Assembly: GCA_963713975.1 (NCBI GenBank)
Contig: OY970218.1
Coordinates: 960,001-1,024,000, forward strand
Length of the DNA stretch: 64,000 bases
Source of the DNA: an uncultured Chloroflexia bacterium
GTDB taxonomy: Bacteria > Chloroflexota > Limnocylindria > Limnocylindrales > CSP1-4
Direction of reading: 5' to 3'
The position numbers were made by a program, and so were the translations under genes. The notes below the pieces were generated by a model that searched no databases, was not told the origin of the DNA, and saw only the letters and a program-made list of their open reading frames with translations. Below, piece by piece: positions 20,481 to 28,853 of this stretch. How positions within the stretch are numbered: position 1 is the first letter of the stretch; every line of letters starts with the position of its first letter.

Positions 20481-20963
20481 TCAGATGCCCTTGTAGATCT
20501 TGTCGACGATCGGGTTGCGCTTCCGCGCGTCGCCTGACAGGCGCCGGTACCACGCGTAGGTCCGGGCGGCCGCATCCAGGGCCGCGTCGGCCGGGACCAT
20601 CTCCTCGGCGGAGAGCACGCCGCGCGCGGAGCCCCGCAGCCCCTCCATCAGCCGGACGACGTCATCCATGGCGACGCCCCGACGGCGGAACACCGTGGCG
20701 GTCTGATCGGCAAACTCCTTCAGCCAGTGCGGGTCATTGCCGGCGACGCAGAGGGCCAGGCGGTCCACGTGGACCTCGGTGTCGCGGAGCAGGCTGCGGA
20801 GACCCGTCTCGTCGTGGCGGTCGCGGAACGTCGGGTCGCCGCCGATCGCGATCTCCATCGCCCGCCCGGCCAGCGCGGCGCGGCTCGTGCGCAGACGAGC
20901 AGCGGCGTCCGGGAACCCGGCCTGGAGACTGCGCGGCGGAAGGCCGAGAGAGGGATGGCTCAC
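20481..20963 (-). CDS. Hypothetical protein, probable globin/phycobiliprotein-like fold
   Basis: LLRDTEVHVDRLALCVAGND...FRRRGVAMDDV...LSAEE; the fold call is a by-eye inference. Confidence 0.65.
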   Translation of the reverse strand: MSHPSLGLPPRSLQAGFPDAAARLRTSRAALAGRAMEIAIGGDPTFRDRHDETGLRSLLRDTEVHVDRLALCVAGNDPHWLKEFADQTATVFRRRGVAMDDVVRLMEGLRGSARGVLSAEEMVPADAALDAAARTYAWYRRLSGDARKRNPIVDKIYKGI

Positions 20964-21009
20964 GCAGCCAAGATACCGCCCCGGCGCCCACGGCGCGTAG
21001 CATCTTGGG

Positions 21010-21522
21010 ATGAGCGAGCCCAATCAGAAGGTCCCTGGCACCACGTCACCCGCCGGCGGAGAGCAGCGCCGGCTGGATCGCGCGCCCGCCGAGCGCTATG
21101 CGGGCAGCGAGCCCGTCCCGGGTGGCGGCGCCGACGCGCCGCGCTCGTCCCGACCGGCCGCACGCCCGATCATCGCCGCGGTCCTGATCGCAGATGCCGG
21201 TGCGCTGGTGTTCTTCGTCCTCGGCCTCCTGGACCTCGGACCGGGCCTGGTCGCGGTAGCGGCGTTCATCGGCTGGGCCACGGCGCTGGCCCTCGTCTGG
21301 CGAGGTCGTGACGCCGGGATCACGGACGGACGGACCCGGGTGGCGATCGCCACTTTCCTGGGCTGCTGGGCGATCGTGGCCGGGATCACCGTCGACTGGC
21401 TCTACGCGCTGGGTCAGGGCGGCGTCCTGGGCCCCGTGGACTATGTCGTGCAGCGCTACGGCATCGTGGCTATCGCCGCCATCCTCGTCGCGGGCGGAGT
21501 GGCCGCCTACCGCGCGCGCTGA
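21010..21522 (+). CDS. Hypothetical membrane protein
   Basis: Four hydrophobic segments; TAGCAT 6 nt upstream of ATG. Confidence 0.75.
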   Translation: MSEPNQKVPGTTSPAGGEQRRLDRAPAERYAGSEPVPGGGADAPRSSRPAARPIIAAVLIADAGALVFFVLGLLDLGPGLVAVAAFIGWATALALVWRGRDAGITDGRTRVAIATFLGCWAIVAGITVDWLYALGQGGVLGPVDYVVQRYGIVAIAAILVAGGVAAYRAR

Positions 21523-21536
21523 CGCTCCAATCCCGG

Positions 21537-22076
21537 CTAGCGCTGGAGGCGTTCCGGGCGCGGCGCGCGAGGCAGGTCGTGACCCTCATGCTCCATGGCG
21601 ACCCGCCGGGCCTCGTCCAGGCGGGCCTGGAGATCGGGGTCGAGCGGGATCGAGCGCCGTGAGCCCTGGGCGTTGTGTGCGTGTCGGACCGGCTGCGCAT
21701 CATCGTCCGCGGCGTCCGGCACCTCGCCCATGCCCTGCCCCGGCCCGATCCCACCGGTCTCGCCCCGGAACGGCATGCCCTGACGCTCGACGGCATCGAG
21801 GCTCATCCGGAGCGCGGCCGTCTTCTGGCCGGCCACCTCGCGCACATAGGCCGCCTCCTCGTCCGCCGTCATCGGTCGCCCGCGCACGATCCCCTTCGGC
21901 TTGCCGACCATCAGCCACGCCAGGTGGTAACGGTCCATCGATCCCCAGGCCGTCGCGAGGAGATCATCGGACAGTTGGAGCCAGGTCTGGAGCGCAGTGA
22001 GGGACGGCTGGGCGTCGAGGCGCCCACCCTCGGCGATCAGCTGGCTCGTTCGAAGGATCAGCTCGTCGCGCGTCAT
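21537..22076 (-). CDS. Hypothetical protein
   Basis: Protein-like composition, fills the gap between genes, TAGACT 9 nt upstream of ATG. Confidence 0.7.
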   Translation of the reverse strand: MTRDELILRTSQLIAEGGRLDAQPSLTALQTWLQLSDDLLATAWGSMDRYHLAWLMVGKPKGIVRGRPMTADEEAAYVREVAGQKTAALRMSLDAVERQGMPFRGETGGIGPGQGMGEVPDAADDDAQPVRHAHNAQGSRRSIPLDPDLQARLDEARRVAMEHEGHDLPRAPRPERLQR

Positions 22077-22115
22077 CGGACCCCCAGTCTATCGGCCGGT
22101 CCGGCTCTCTTGGCC

Positions 22116-23024
22116 TCAGCCCTCGCGGATGAAGGCCTCCCGCGCACCGCGTGCGCGCATCGACCACGGCCCTGGCAGCCCGTCGCCGATCGGGTGCCCG
22201 TTGAACCGCGTGACCGGCAGCACTCCCGCGACCGACGACGACATGAACGCCTCCGATGCCGCCGCCAGCTCGTCCGGCGTGAGCCAGCCCTCCACCGGCC
22301 GGAGCCCCACCTCGACGGCCCAGCGGAGCAGCCACGATCGCGTGGTACCCGGCAGGATGGCGCAGTCCAGCGCCGGCGTCGCGAGCTCCGTCACGCCGTC
22401 GGACGCCGTACGGACGAGGAAGATGTTGGCCGTCGTCGCCTCGGACAGGTGGCCCGACATCGTGAGGAAGACCGCGTCCTCGGCGCCCGCCCGGCGTGCC
22501 TCCAGCCGCGCGAAGACGTAGTCCGCCCGCGATGTCGTCTTGAGCGACACGACGGGGTTCGACGGGTCCCGCCGCACGGCGGATACCACCAGCGACAGCC
22601 CGCGCTCCAGGTGCCCCGTGGGCGGCGGGTCCACGGGCCACGCCTGGATGGCGACCGTCGCGACCAGCCGCTCCGACTCCGGTGGCAGCAGCCCGCGGGA
22701 TGACCACGCCCCGCGCGATACCGTGATCCGGATAGAGGCGTCGCCATCGGGACCGTCGAGACCCTCAGCCGCCAGCAGGTCCTGCACGCCGCGCGCCACC
22801 AGGATCTCCAGGTCGGACGGGAGCACGATCGCGAGGCCCCCGGCGGACCGGCGCAGGCGCGCCAGGTGCTCGGCAAGCTCGGTGACGTGCCCGCCGCGCG
22901 CTCGCAGCGTCTCGAACAGCCCGTCACCCAGCTGGAACCCGCGATCGAAGACCGAGAGATGCATCCCCGCTGCCGGCCGTACCGCGCCGTCCACCCACAC
23001 GTGTTCCGGGAGCCGGTCCTTCAT
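22116..23024 (-). CDS. pabC: Class IV aminotransferase / 4-amino-4-deoxychorismate lyase
   Basis: DRGFQLGDGLFET, LKTTS, EATTANIF, LPGTTR; coupled to pabB by ATGA overlap. Confidence 0.82.
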   Translation of the reverse strand: MKDRLPEHVWVDGAVRPAAGMHLSVFDRGFQLGDGLFETLRARGGHVTELAEHLARLRRSAGGLAIVLPSDLEILVARGVQDLLAAEGLDGPDGDASIRITVSRGAWSSRGLLPPESERLVATVAIQAWPVDPPPTGHLERGLSLVVSAVRRDPSNPVVSLKTTSRADYVFARLEARRAGAEDAVFLTMSGHLSEATTANIFLVRTASDGVTELATPALDCAILPGTTRSWLLRWAVEVGLRPVEGWLTPDELAAASEAFMSSSVAGVLPVTRFNGHPIGDGLPGPWSMRARGAREAFIREG

Positions 23025-24547
23025 CCCGCCACCTCCAGCGCGCCAATCGACGACAGCGGCCCGCGAGCCTTGGCCACGGTCTCGTCCCACTCCTCGCGGG
23101 GGTCGCTCCGCCAGGTGATCCCGCCGCCCACGTGGAGCATCAGGCGCTCGCCGTCCGCGACGAAGGTGCGGATGAGGATCGAGGAACCGAGCCTGCCGTC
23201 CGGACCGATCCAGGCCATCGCGCCGCAGTAGGGGCCACGGCGCACCGGCTCCAGGCCCTCGACGACCTCCATCGCGCGGATCTTCGGCGCGCCCGTGATC
23301 GACCCGCCCGGGAACGAGGCTGCCAGCAGGTCGAAGGCGTCGGCTTCCGGACGGAGGCGGCCCGTCACGGTGGTCACGAGGTGCTGGACGGTGGCCGTCC
23401 GCTCCAGGCGGAGGAGCCTGGGAACGCGGACGGAACCTGGCTCGCAGACCCGCCCGAGGTCGTTGCGCAGCACGTCCACGATCATCACGTTCTCGGCCTG
23501 GTCCTTGCGGCTGGCCAGCAGCTCGCGGGCCAGCGCCCGGTCCTCGTCCCGTGACCGGCCCCTCGGACGCGTGCCCTTGATCGGGTCCGCGGCGACGTTC
23601 CGGTCGTCGTCCACCGACAGGAACGGCTCGGGCGAGGCGGAGAGGATCGCGCGCGGCGCCCCCGTGGCGGGGGACGGACCGAGGTCGAGGTAGCCGGCGA
23701 ACAGGGCAGGATCACCAGTGCGAAGCCGCCGGAACAGCGGCCACGGGTCCCCGGCGAACGGCGCCTCCAGGCGGCGGGTGAGGTTCGCCTGGTAGATCTC
23801 CCCGCGGCCGATGGCGTCGCGAACGGCCTCCACGCCGGCCAGCCAGGCAGGGTGGGACGTGCCGGACACGAAGCTCGACGGGACCGACTGCTCGACGAAG
23901 CCCTGGCGCCGCGGCACGGGACTGGGATCGGGGAGGCTACCCTCGGCGAACGCGCCCAGGCGGGCCACCACCTCGTGCATCCGCGCGACGGCCCTCCGCA
24001 CGTCGCCGTCCACTTGTCGAACGGACACCCAGGCGGCGCCGGTGCGCCGGTCCCACGCGAGCGCCCAGTCGTGGAGTGCCAGGCGGAGCAGCGGCAGGTG
24101 CTGGTCCACGCGTGCGATCGACGGCAGCCGCTCGAGCCGGCGGCCCAGGTCGTACCCGAGGAAGCCCACCAGCCCGCCGGCGAACGGCGGCACCGGGTCG
24201 TCGCCAGGGAGACCAGGGCTGGCTGCGTTCGTGCCACCGGCGGCACTCGTGCCACCAGGCGGGCCCATCCGGCCCAGCAGCGCGCGCGCCTCGGCAAACG
24301 GGTCCACGCCCTCGGCGGGTGCGTCCACGACCGCTACGGGATCTGCCGTCAGGTAGCTCCAGCGACCCGTCCGTCCGGGCCGCGCGCTCTCCAGCAGCGC
24401 CAGCCCCGACATGTCGCGGAACGCCTCAGCGACGTCCATTGGCGCCATCCCGTCGAGCAGCGGGAGCCGCAGCACCCGTACGGCACCCTCCACGGGCGAC
24501 GTGACGGGGACACGAGCTACGAGACGGGCCTCCGGTGATGACGACAC
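23021..24547 (-). CDS. pabB: Aminodeoxychorismate synthase component I
   Basis: LLES, GEIYQANL, SASPE, PIKGT, AENVMIVDVLRNDL, SITGAPK. Confidence 0.9.
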   Translation of the reverse strand: MSSSPEARLVARVPVTSPVEGAVRVLRLPLLDGMAPMDVAEAFRDMSGLALLESARPGRTGRWSYLTADPVAVVDAPAEGVDPFAEARALLGRMGPPGGTSAAGGTNAASPGLPGDDPVPPFAGGLVGFLGYDLGRRLERLPSIARVDQHLPLLRLALHDWALAWDRRTGAAWVSVRQVDGDVRRAVARMHEVVARLGAFAEGSLPDPSPVPRRQGFVEQSVPSSFVSGTSHPAWLAGVEAVRDAIGRGEIYQANLTRRLEAPFAGDPWPLFRRLRTGDPALFAGYLDLGPSPATGAPRAILSASPEPFLSVDDDRNVAADPIKGTRPRGRSRDEDRALARELLASRKDQAENVMIVDVLRNDLGRVCEPGSVRVPRLLRLERTATVQHLVTTVTGRLRPEADAFDLLAASFPGGSITGAPKIRAMEVVEGLEPVRRGPYCGAMAWIGPDGRLGSSILIRTFVADGERLMLHVGGGITWRSDPREEWDETVAKARGPLSSIGALEVAG

Positions 24548-24627
24548 CCGGCGATGATAGAGCCCGGCAGTCCAAGTTCGGTCGGCAGCCGACCCATGCC
24601 TGCCCGCAACCAACCATGGAGGCCCCC

Positions 24628-25815
24628 GTGCGCGCTATCGAGCTCGGCCTGAAGATCGGTCTGCTCAACCCGGGGGCGTTGGACGCGATCACCGACGTCC
24701 CAGGCGTGCTCGTCGGGCACACGACGCTGAACAGCGGCGAGGGCCCGCTGGTGGTCGGCACCGGCCCCGTCCGAACCGGCGTCACGATCGTCGTCCCGCA
24801 CGAGGACCACGTCTGGACCGAACCGGTCTTCGCGGGCTGCCACCGCCTCAACGGCAACGGCGAGCTCACCGGGCTGGAGTGGGTCCGCGAGTCCGGGATG
24901 CTCGGCGGCGTCATCGGCATCACCAACACGCACAGCGTAGGTGTCGTCCGGGACGCCCTCGTCGCGCACGCGGCCCGTGATCGCGCCAACGAGTCCGTCT
25001 TCTGGTCGCTGCCGGTCGTGGGCGAGACGTATGACGGAGCCCTCAACGACATGAACGGGCACCACGTGCGCTCGGAACACGTGGACGCGGCGCTCGGGGC
25101 CGCCTCGAGCGGTCCCGTAGGCGAAGGCAACGTGGGTGGTGGGACCGGGATGATCTGCCACGAGTTCAAGGGCGGCATCGGGACGGCGTCGCGGACCGTG
25201 CCCGACGCGGACGGCGGCTGGGTGGTCGGGGCGCTGGTCCAGGCCAACTACGGATCCCGTGAGCTGCTCCGGATCGACGGCGTCCCTGTGGGGCAGGCGA
25301 TCCCGCGGAGCGAGGTCCCCAGCCCCTGGGACCAGGAGGAGGTGTTGGGACACTCCCGGACTACGGATGCGTCCCCGGGGTTGTCGTCACGAACAGGGCC
25401 CGGTGGAGGCTCCATCATCGTGATCCTCGCCACCAACGCGCCGCTGCTGCCCCACCAGTGCACGCGGCTCGCGCAACGAGCCGGCCTCGGGCTCGCGCGC
25501 ATGGGCAGCATCGCCTCGCATGGGTCGGGCGACATCTTCATCGCCTTCGCCACCGGCAACCGCGGCCTTGGCGCGACGGACGCCGAGAAGGACCCGCGCC
25601 GGACCGTCGAGACACGAGTGGTCGTCGACAAGGGCATGTCACCCCTGTTCCAGGCCGCGATCGAGGCAACCGAGGCGGCGGTGGTGAACGCGCTGCTGGC
25701 CGCCGAGACGCTCACCGGTCGCGACGGGATCACGGCGCACGCGCTTGACCACGGCCGGCTGCTGGACGTGATGGCCCGATATGGACGGGGTCCGCGCGCG
25801 ACCGTGGCCGGCTGA
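24628..25815 (+). CDS. DmpA-like P1/S58 aminopeptidase
   Basis: AITDVPGVLVGH, RTGVT, NGNGELTG, GGSII autoproteolysis site, GSGD; SD GGAGG. Confidence 0.92.
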   Translation: MRAIELGLKIGLLNPGALDAITDVPGVLVGHTTLNSGEGPLVVGTGPVRTGVTIVVPHEDHVWTEPVFAGCHRLNGNGELTGLEWVRESGMLGGVIGITNTHSVGVVRDALVAHAARDRANESVFWSLPVVGETYDGALNDMNGHHVRSEHVDAALGAASSGPVGEGNVGGGTGMICHEFKGGIGTASRTVPDADGGWVVGALVQANYGSRELLRIDGVPVGQAIPRSEVPSPWDQEEVLGHSRTTDASPGLSSRTGPGGGSIIVILATNAPLLPHQCTRLAQRAGLGLARMGSIASHGSGDIFIAFATGNRGLGATDAEKDPRRTVETRVVVDKGMSPLFQAAIEATEAAVVNALLAAETLTGRDGITAHALDHGRLLDVMARYGRGPRATVAG

Positions 25816-25833
25816 GGCCGAGGGCGGGATGCT

Positions 25834-26493
25834 TCAGGTCTCCTCGCGCCGACCCAGCTCGGCCAGGCCGGTGGCAGACAGCCGGTAGACGCCCCGCTCG
25901 ACACGCTCGAACCAGCCGTAGACGTTGTCGCGCAGGATCCGGCCCGCGCTCGGCGCCTCCCCGGTCGCCCGGACGATCCGCACCGGCTGCGGACCCGTCG
26001 CGAGGGCATGGACGCAGCGGATCGCCTCCTGGCGGTAGGCCGTCATGATCGGACGGCCGACGCTTCCACCCCGCGTCGGGTCCCCGATCCGGCGCCGGTG
26101 CTCGCCAAGCAGCGCGGTGGCACGGCGCAGGTTGGTGCGGGGCCGATACGGGACCGGGTCGACCACGACCTCGGCTCGCCCGTGGCTCACGACGATGAGG
26201 CCCAGGCCCAGCCGACGACACAGCCGCCTCGCGTCGGACTGCCGGGCCGGCCAGGCACCGACGGCGAGATACACCGCGTCCGTGATCGCCAGCCGGTCGA
26301 TCCCCTGCATGACGATCCCGATACCGAACGTGCGCTTGAGCTCCACGATGACGGGCGGCTCGTCGCCGCGCACGCCGACGACGTCACAGCCCTTGACCTC
26401 GCCCTTGACGTCGTAACCCTGAGTCTCGAGCAGCGCCTTGACCGGCGCGTAGAGGTCCGTCTCGAGGAGGACATCCGACCCGGGCGGGGGCAT
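25834..26493 (-). CDS. DUF2161 putative PD-(D/E)XK protein
   Basis: ETDLYAPVK, GYDVKGEVKGCD, VELK, TAYRQEA, NVYGWFERVERGVY. Confidence 0.85.
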   Translation of the reverse strand: MPPPGSDVLLETDLYAPVKALLETQGYDVKGEVKGCDVVGVRGDEPPVIVELKRTFGIGIVMQGIDRLAITDAVYLAVGAWPARQSDARRLCRRLGLGLIVVSHGRAEVVVDPVPYRPRTNLRRATALLGEHRRRIGDPTRGGSVGRPIMTAYRQEAIRCVHALATGPQPVRIVRATGEAPSAGRILRDNVYGWFERVERGVYRLSATGLAELGRREET

Positions 26494-26520
26494 GGGGTGA
26501 TCCGTTCAGTCAAACGGGGG

Positions 26521-26964
26521 TCAGCCGCCGCCGAACGGGGTGTCGCGGCGGGCGAACTCGTCCAGCAGACGACGGCATTCCTCGGCCTCCCGCTGCGCCT
26601 GACGGACGATCCAGGGATCGACGCGCGCCGAGTCCTCCAGGATGACCGTGGGACCACGATCACCATCGTCCAGCACGATTCCCGACGCGTTCCGGTAGTC
26701 GGCCATCCAGTTTGCCTGGAGGGCGACGAGTACGTCCACCACCACGCGCCGCGGGAACACCCAGTCCAGGTGGGTGGCGTTGAGACGGTCCACGAGGTCG
26801 TCGATCCGGACGGGGAACGACCGCTCCATGCACGCGACCCCCTCCAGCACGCGGATCGTGGTGAACGGGTCCGCGGACTCGGCCACGACGGGCGGCCTCG
26901 GTCGGGCGTCAGGGAAGCCGGCGGGGAGGGGTCGCCGCCCGACGGCGCCGGGGTCGATCGTCAT
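26521..26964 (-). CDS. Hypothetical protein, possible winged helix
   Basis: ATGA overlap with upstream ORF, SD GAGGT; protein-like composition. Confidence 0.7.
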   Translation of the reverse strand: MTIDPGAVGRRPLPAGFPDARPRPPVVAESADPFTTIRVLEGVACMERSFPVRIDDLVDRLNATHLDWVFPRRVVVDVLVALQANWMADYRNASGIVLDDGDRGPTVILEDSARVDPWIVRQAQREAEECRRLLDEFARRDTPFGGG

Positions 26965-27167
26965 GACGGGTCTACCTCTCTCCGGCCCGCGGGTGCCGGA
27001 ATCTCGATCGTCACGTACCCGCCTGCCCCGGCAGGGATCGAGTCGTCGGGACGTGCGTGGTGCACCATCTCCTGGGCTGGTGGCTGGTTCCGCATGACCG
27101 CCTGCTCGAAACCGAACAGCACGCCGCCGATCGACTGGCCGAGGGGCTGCTTCTTCCGCTTCGCCAA
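26961..27167 (-). CDS. Small hypothetical protein
   Basis: TTG start with SD GGAG; MAKRKKQPLGQSIGGVLFGFEQ... Confidence 0.6.
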   Translation of the reverse strand: MAKRKKQPLGQSIGGVLFGFEQAVMRNQPPAQEMVHHARPDDSIPAGAGGYVTIEIPAPAGRREVDPS

Positions 27168-27201
27168 ACGCTCGTCTCCACCGGCGGGAGACCAGACTAG
27201 C

Positions 27202-27251
27202 GGCTCCGGACGCACCGGCTGGCTCCGGACGCACCGGCTGGCTCCGGACGC
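27202..27251. repeat. 19-bp tandem repeat, about 2.6 copies
   Basis: GGCTCCGGACGCACCGGCT twice plus GGCTCCGGACGC. Confidence 0.9.
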
Positions 27252-27254
27252 GCC

Positions 27255-28775
27255 CTACTCCGTCGCGTCGGCCCCCGGCTCGAGCACCGGCAGCGCCCGG
27301 GCGCTCTCAGTGGACTTGCCCTCGATCGCACCCACGCCAAGGGGCACCCACTTGGACGGATCCTTGAGGCGGTGCGTGCCCTCGGCACCGCGGTCGTGGA
27401 CCTGCTGGAAGCCGGCGGGCTCGATCCACATCCGCTTGCCGTCCAGAAGCCCGGTGATGCCCTCCTGGCCGGGCTCCGGCCGCGGGTTCTGGCAGTACTG
27501 GCAGGTGGAGGGATCGTGCGGCTGGTAGTCCGCCGGCTCCTCGTAGGTGGTGATGTAGCCCTCGTAGTTGCGCAGGATCACCTTGTGGTCCGAGTACGAG
27601 ACCAGGTAGTTCGGCATGACCGGGATCTTCCCGCCGCCACCGGGCGCGTCCACGATGAACTGCGGGACCGCGTAGCCCGAGGTGTGGCCGCGCAGGCCCT
27701 CGATGATCTCGAGGCCCTTGCCCACCGGCGTCCGGAAGTGGCCGGCACCCTCGACCAGGTCGCACTGGTACAGGTAGTACGGCCGCACCCGGATCTCCAC
27801 CAGGCGCTGGACCAGCTCGCGCTGCGTGTGGACGCAGTCGTTGACGCCGGCCAGGAGCACCGACTGGTTGCCCAGGGGGATCCCGGCGCGCGACAGCTTG
27901 TCGCAGGCACGAGCGAGCTCGGGGGTGATCTCGTTGGGGTGGTTGACATGGATGTTCAGCCACAGGGGGTGGTACTTGGCGAGCATCTCACACAGCTCGT
28001 CGTCGATCCGCTGGGGCAAGAACACGGGCACCCGGGAGCCGATGCGCACGATCTCCACGTGCGGGATCTCGCGCAGGCCCCGGAGCGCGGACTCGAGGAG
28101 CTTCGGCGCCAACGTGAGGCCATCGCCACCCGAGATCAGGACGTCGCGGATCTGCGGGGTGTTGCGGATGTACTCGAGCTGGGCCTCGAGCTCCTTGCGG
28201 TTGAAGTTCTGGGTAGGGTCGCCGACGATCCGGCTTCGGGTGCAGTACCGGCAGTAGACGGCGCACTGCGTGGTGATCAGCATCAGGACGCGGTCCGGGT
28301 AGCGGTGGACCAGGCCGGGGACGGGCGAGTGCCGGTCCTCGGCGAGGCTGTCCTCCATCATTCCCGTGAAGCTGTGCAGCTCCCGGCCGAGCGGGATGAT
28401 CTGGCGGCGGATCGGATCGTTCGGATCGTGAGGATCCATGAGGCTGGCGAAGTACGGCGTCACGTCGACCCGGAACTTGTCGGGAGCGGACAGGCCCTCG
28501 CGCTCCTCGTCGGTGAGCTCGAGGATCTGCTCGAAGTCCTCGAGGTCGTTGACGCGGTTGGACAGCTGCCACTTCCAGTCGTTCCACTTCTCGGCCGGCA
28601 CGTCGGCCCACATCGGGGCACGGCGGCTGACCGCGGGCAGGCCGTCGGGGCCCAGCCGCCTCGCCGGATCGCGCTGGTTCACGAAGGGTGCCGCCTCGAC
28701 GGCCGTGACGCTGCCCGAACCCCGCGCCTGCTCCGCCACCTGCCGAACCTCCGATTCCCACTGTCCGGCGGGCAT
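27255..28775 (-). CDS. kamA: Lysine 2,3-aminomutase (radical SAM, PLP); start may be GTG 28740
   Basis: WNDWKWQL, GLVHRYPDR, CAVYCRYCTR, PYYLYQCD, PGGGGKIP, C-terminal CQYC. Confidence 0.92.
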   Translation of the reverse strand: MPAGQWESEVRQVAEQARGSGSVTAVEAAPFVNQRDPARRLGPDGLPAVSRRAPMWADVPAEKWNDWKWQLSNRVNDLEDFEQILELTDEEREGLSAPDKFRVDVTPYFASLMDPHDPNDPIRRQIIPLGRELHSFTGMMEDSLAEDRHSPVPGLVHRYPDRVLMLITTQCAVYCRYCTRSRIVGDPTQNFNRKELEAQLEYIRNTPQIRDVLISGGDGLTLAPKLLESALRGLREIPHVEIVRIGSRVPVFLPQRIDDELCEMLAKYHPLWLNIHVNHPNEITPELARACDKLSRAGIPLGNQSVLLAGVNDCVHTQRELVQRLVEIRVRPYYLYQCDLVEGAGHFRTPVGKGLEIIEGLRGHTSGYAVPQFIVDAPGGGGKIPVMPNYLVSYSDHKVILRNYEGYITTYEEPADYQPHDPSTCQYCQNPRPEPGQEGITGLLDGKRMWIEPAGFQQVHDRGAEGTHRLKDPSKWVPLGVGAIEGKSTESARALPVLEPGADATE

Positions 28776-28792
28776 GCCGCCACCGATCGAAC

Positions 28793-28853
28793 GCATAAAT
28801 CCTATGCATCCTGAATGGACCGCGATCATAGCGGAGGTGCCGTGGAGCGTCTA
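28793..28853 (-). promoter_or_regulatory. kamA promoter with downstream inverted repeat
   Basis: Minus strand TAGACG-17nt-TATGAT (28853-28825); GCATA-N5-TATGC at 28793-28807. Confidence 0.6.

Noticed and set aside
27202-27251. CRISPR array
   Set aside because: Head-to-tail repeat without spacers; no cas genes in the window.
28790-28816. ARG box upstream of kamA
   Set aside because: Half-site spacing (TGCAT-N7-ATGC) is longer than the N4 of ARG boxes.
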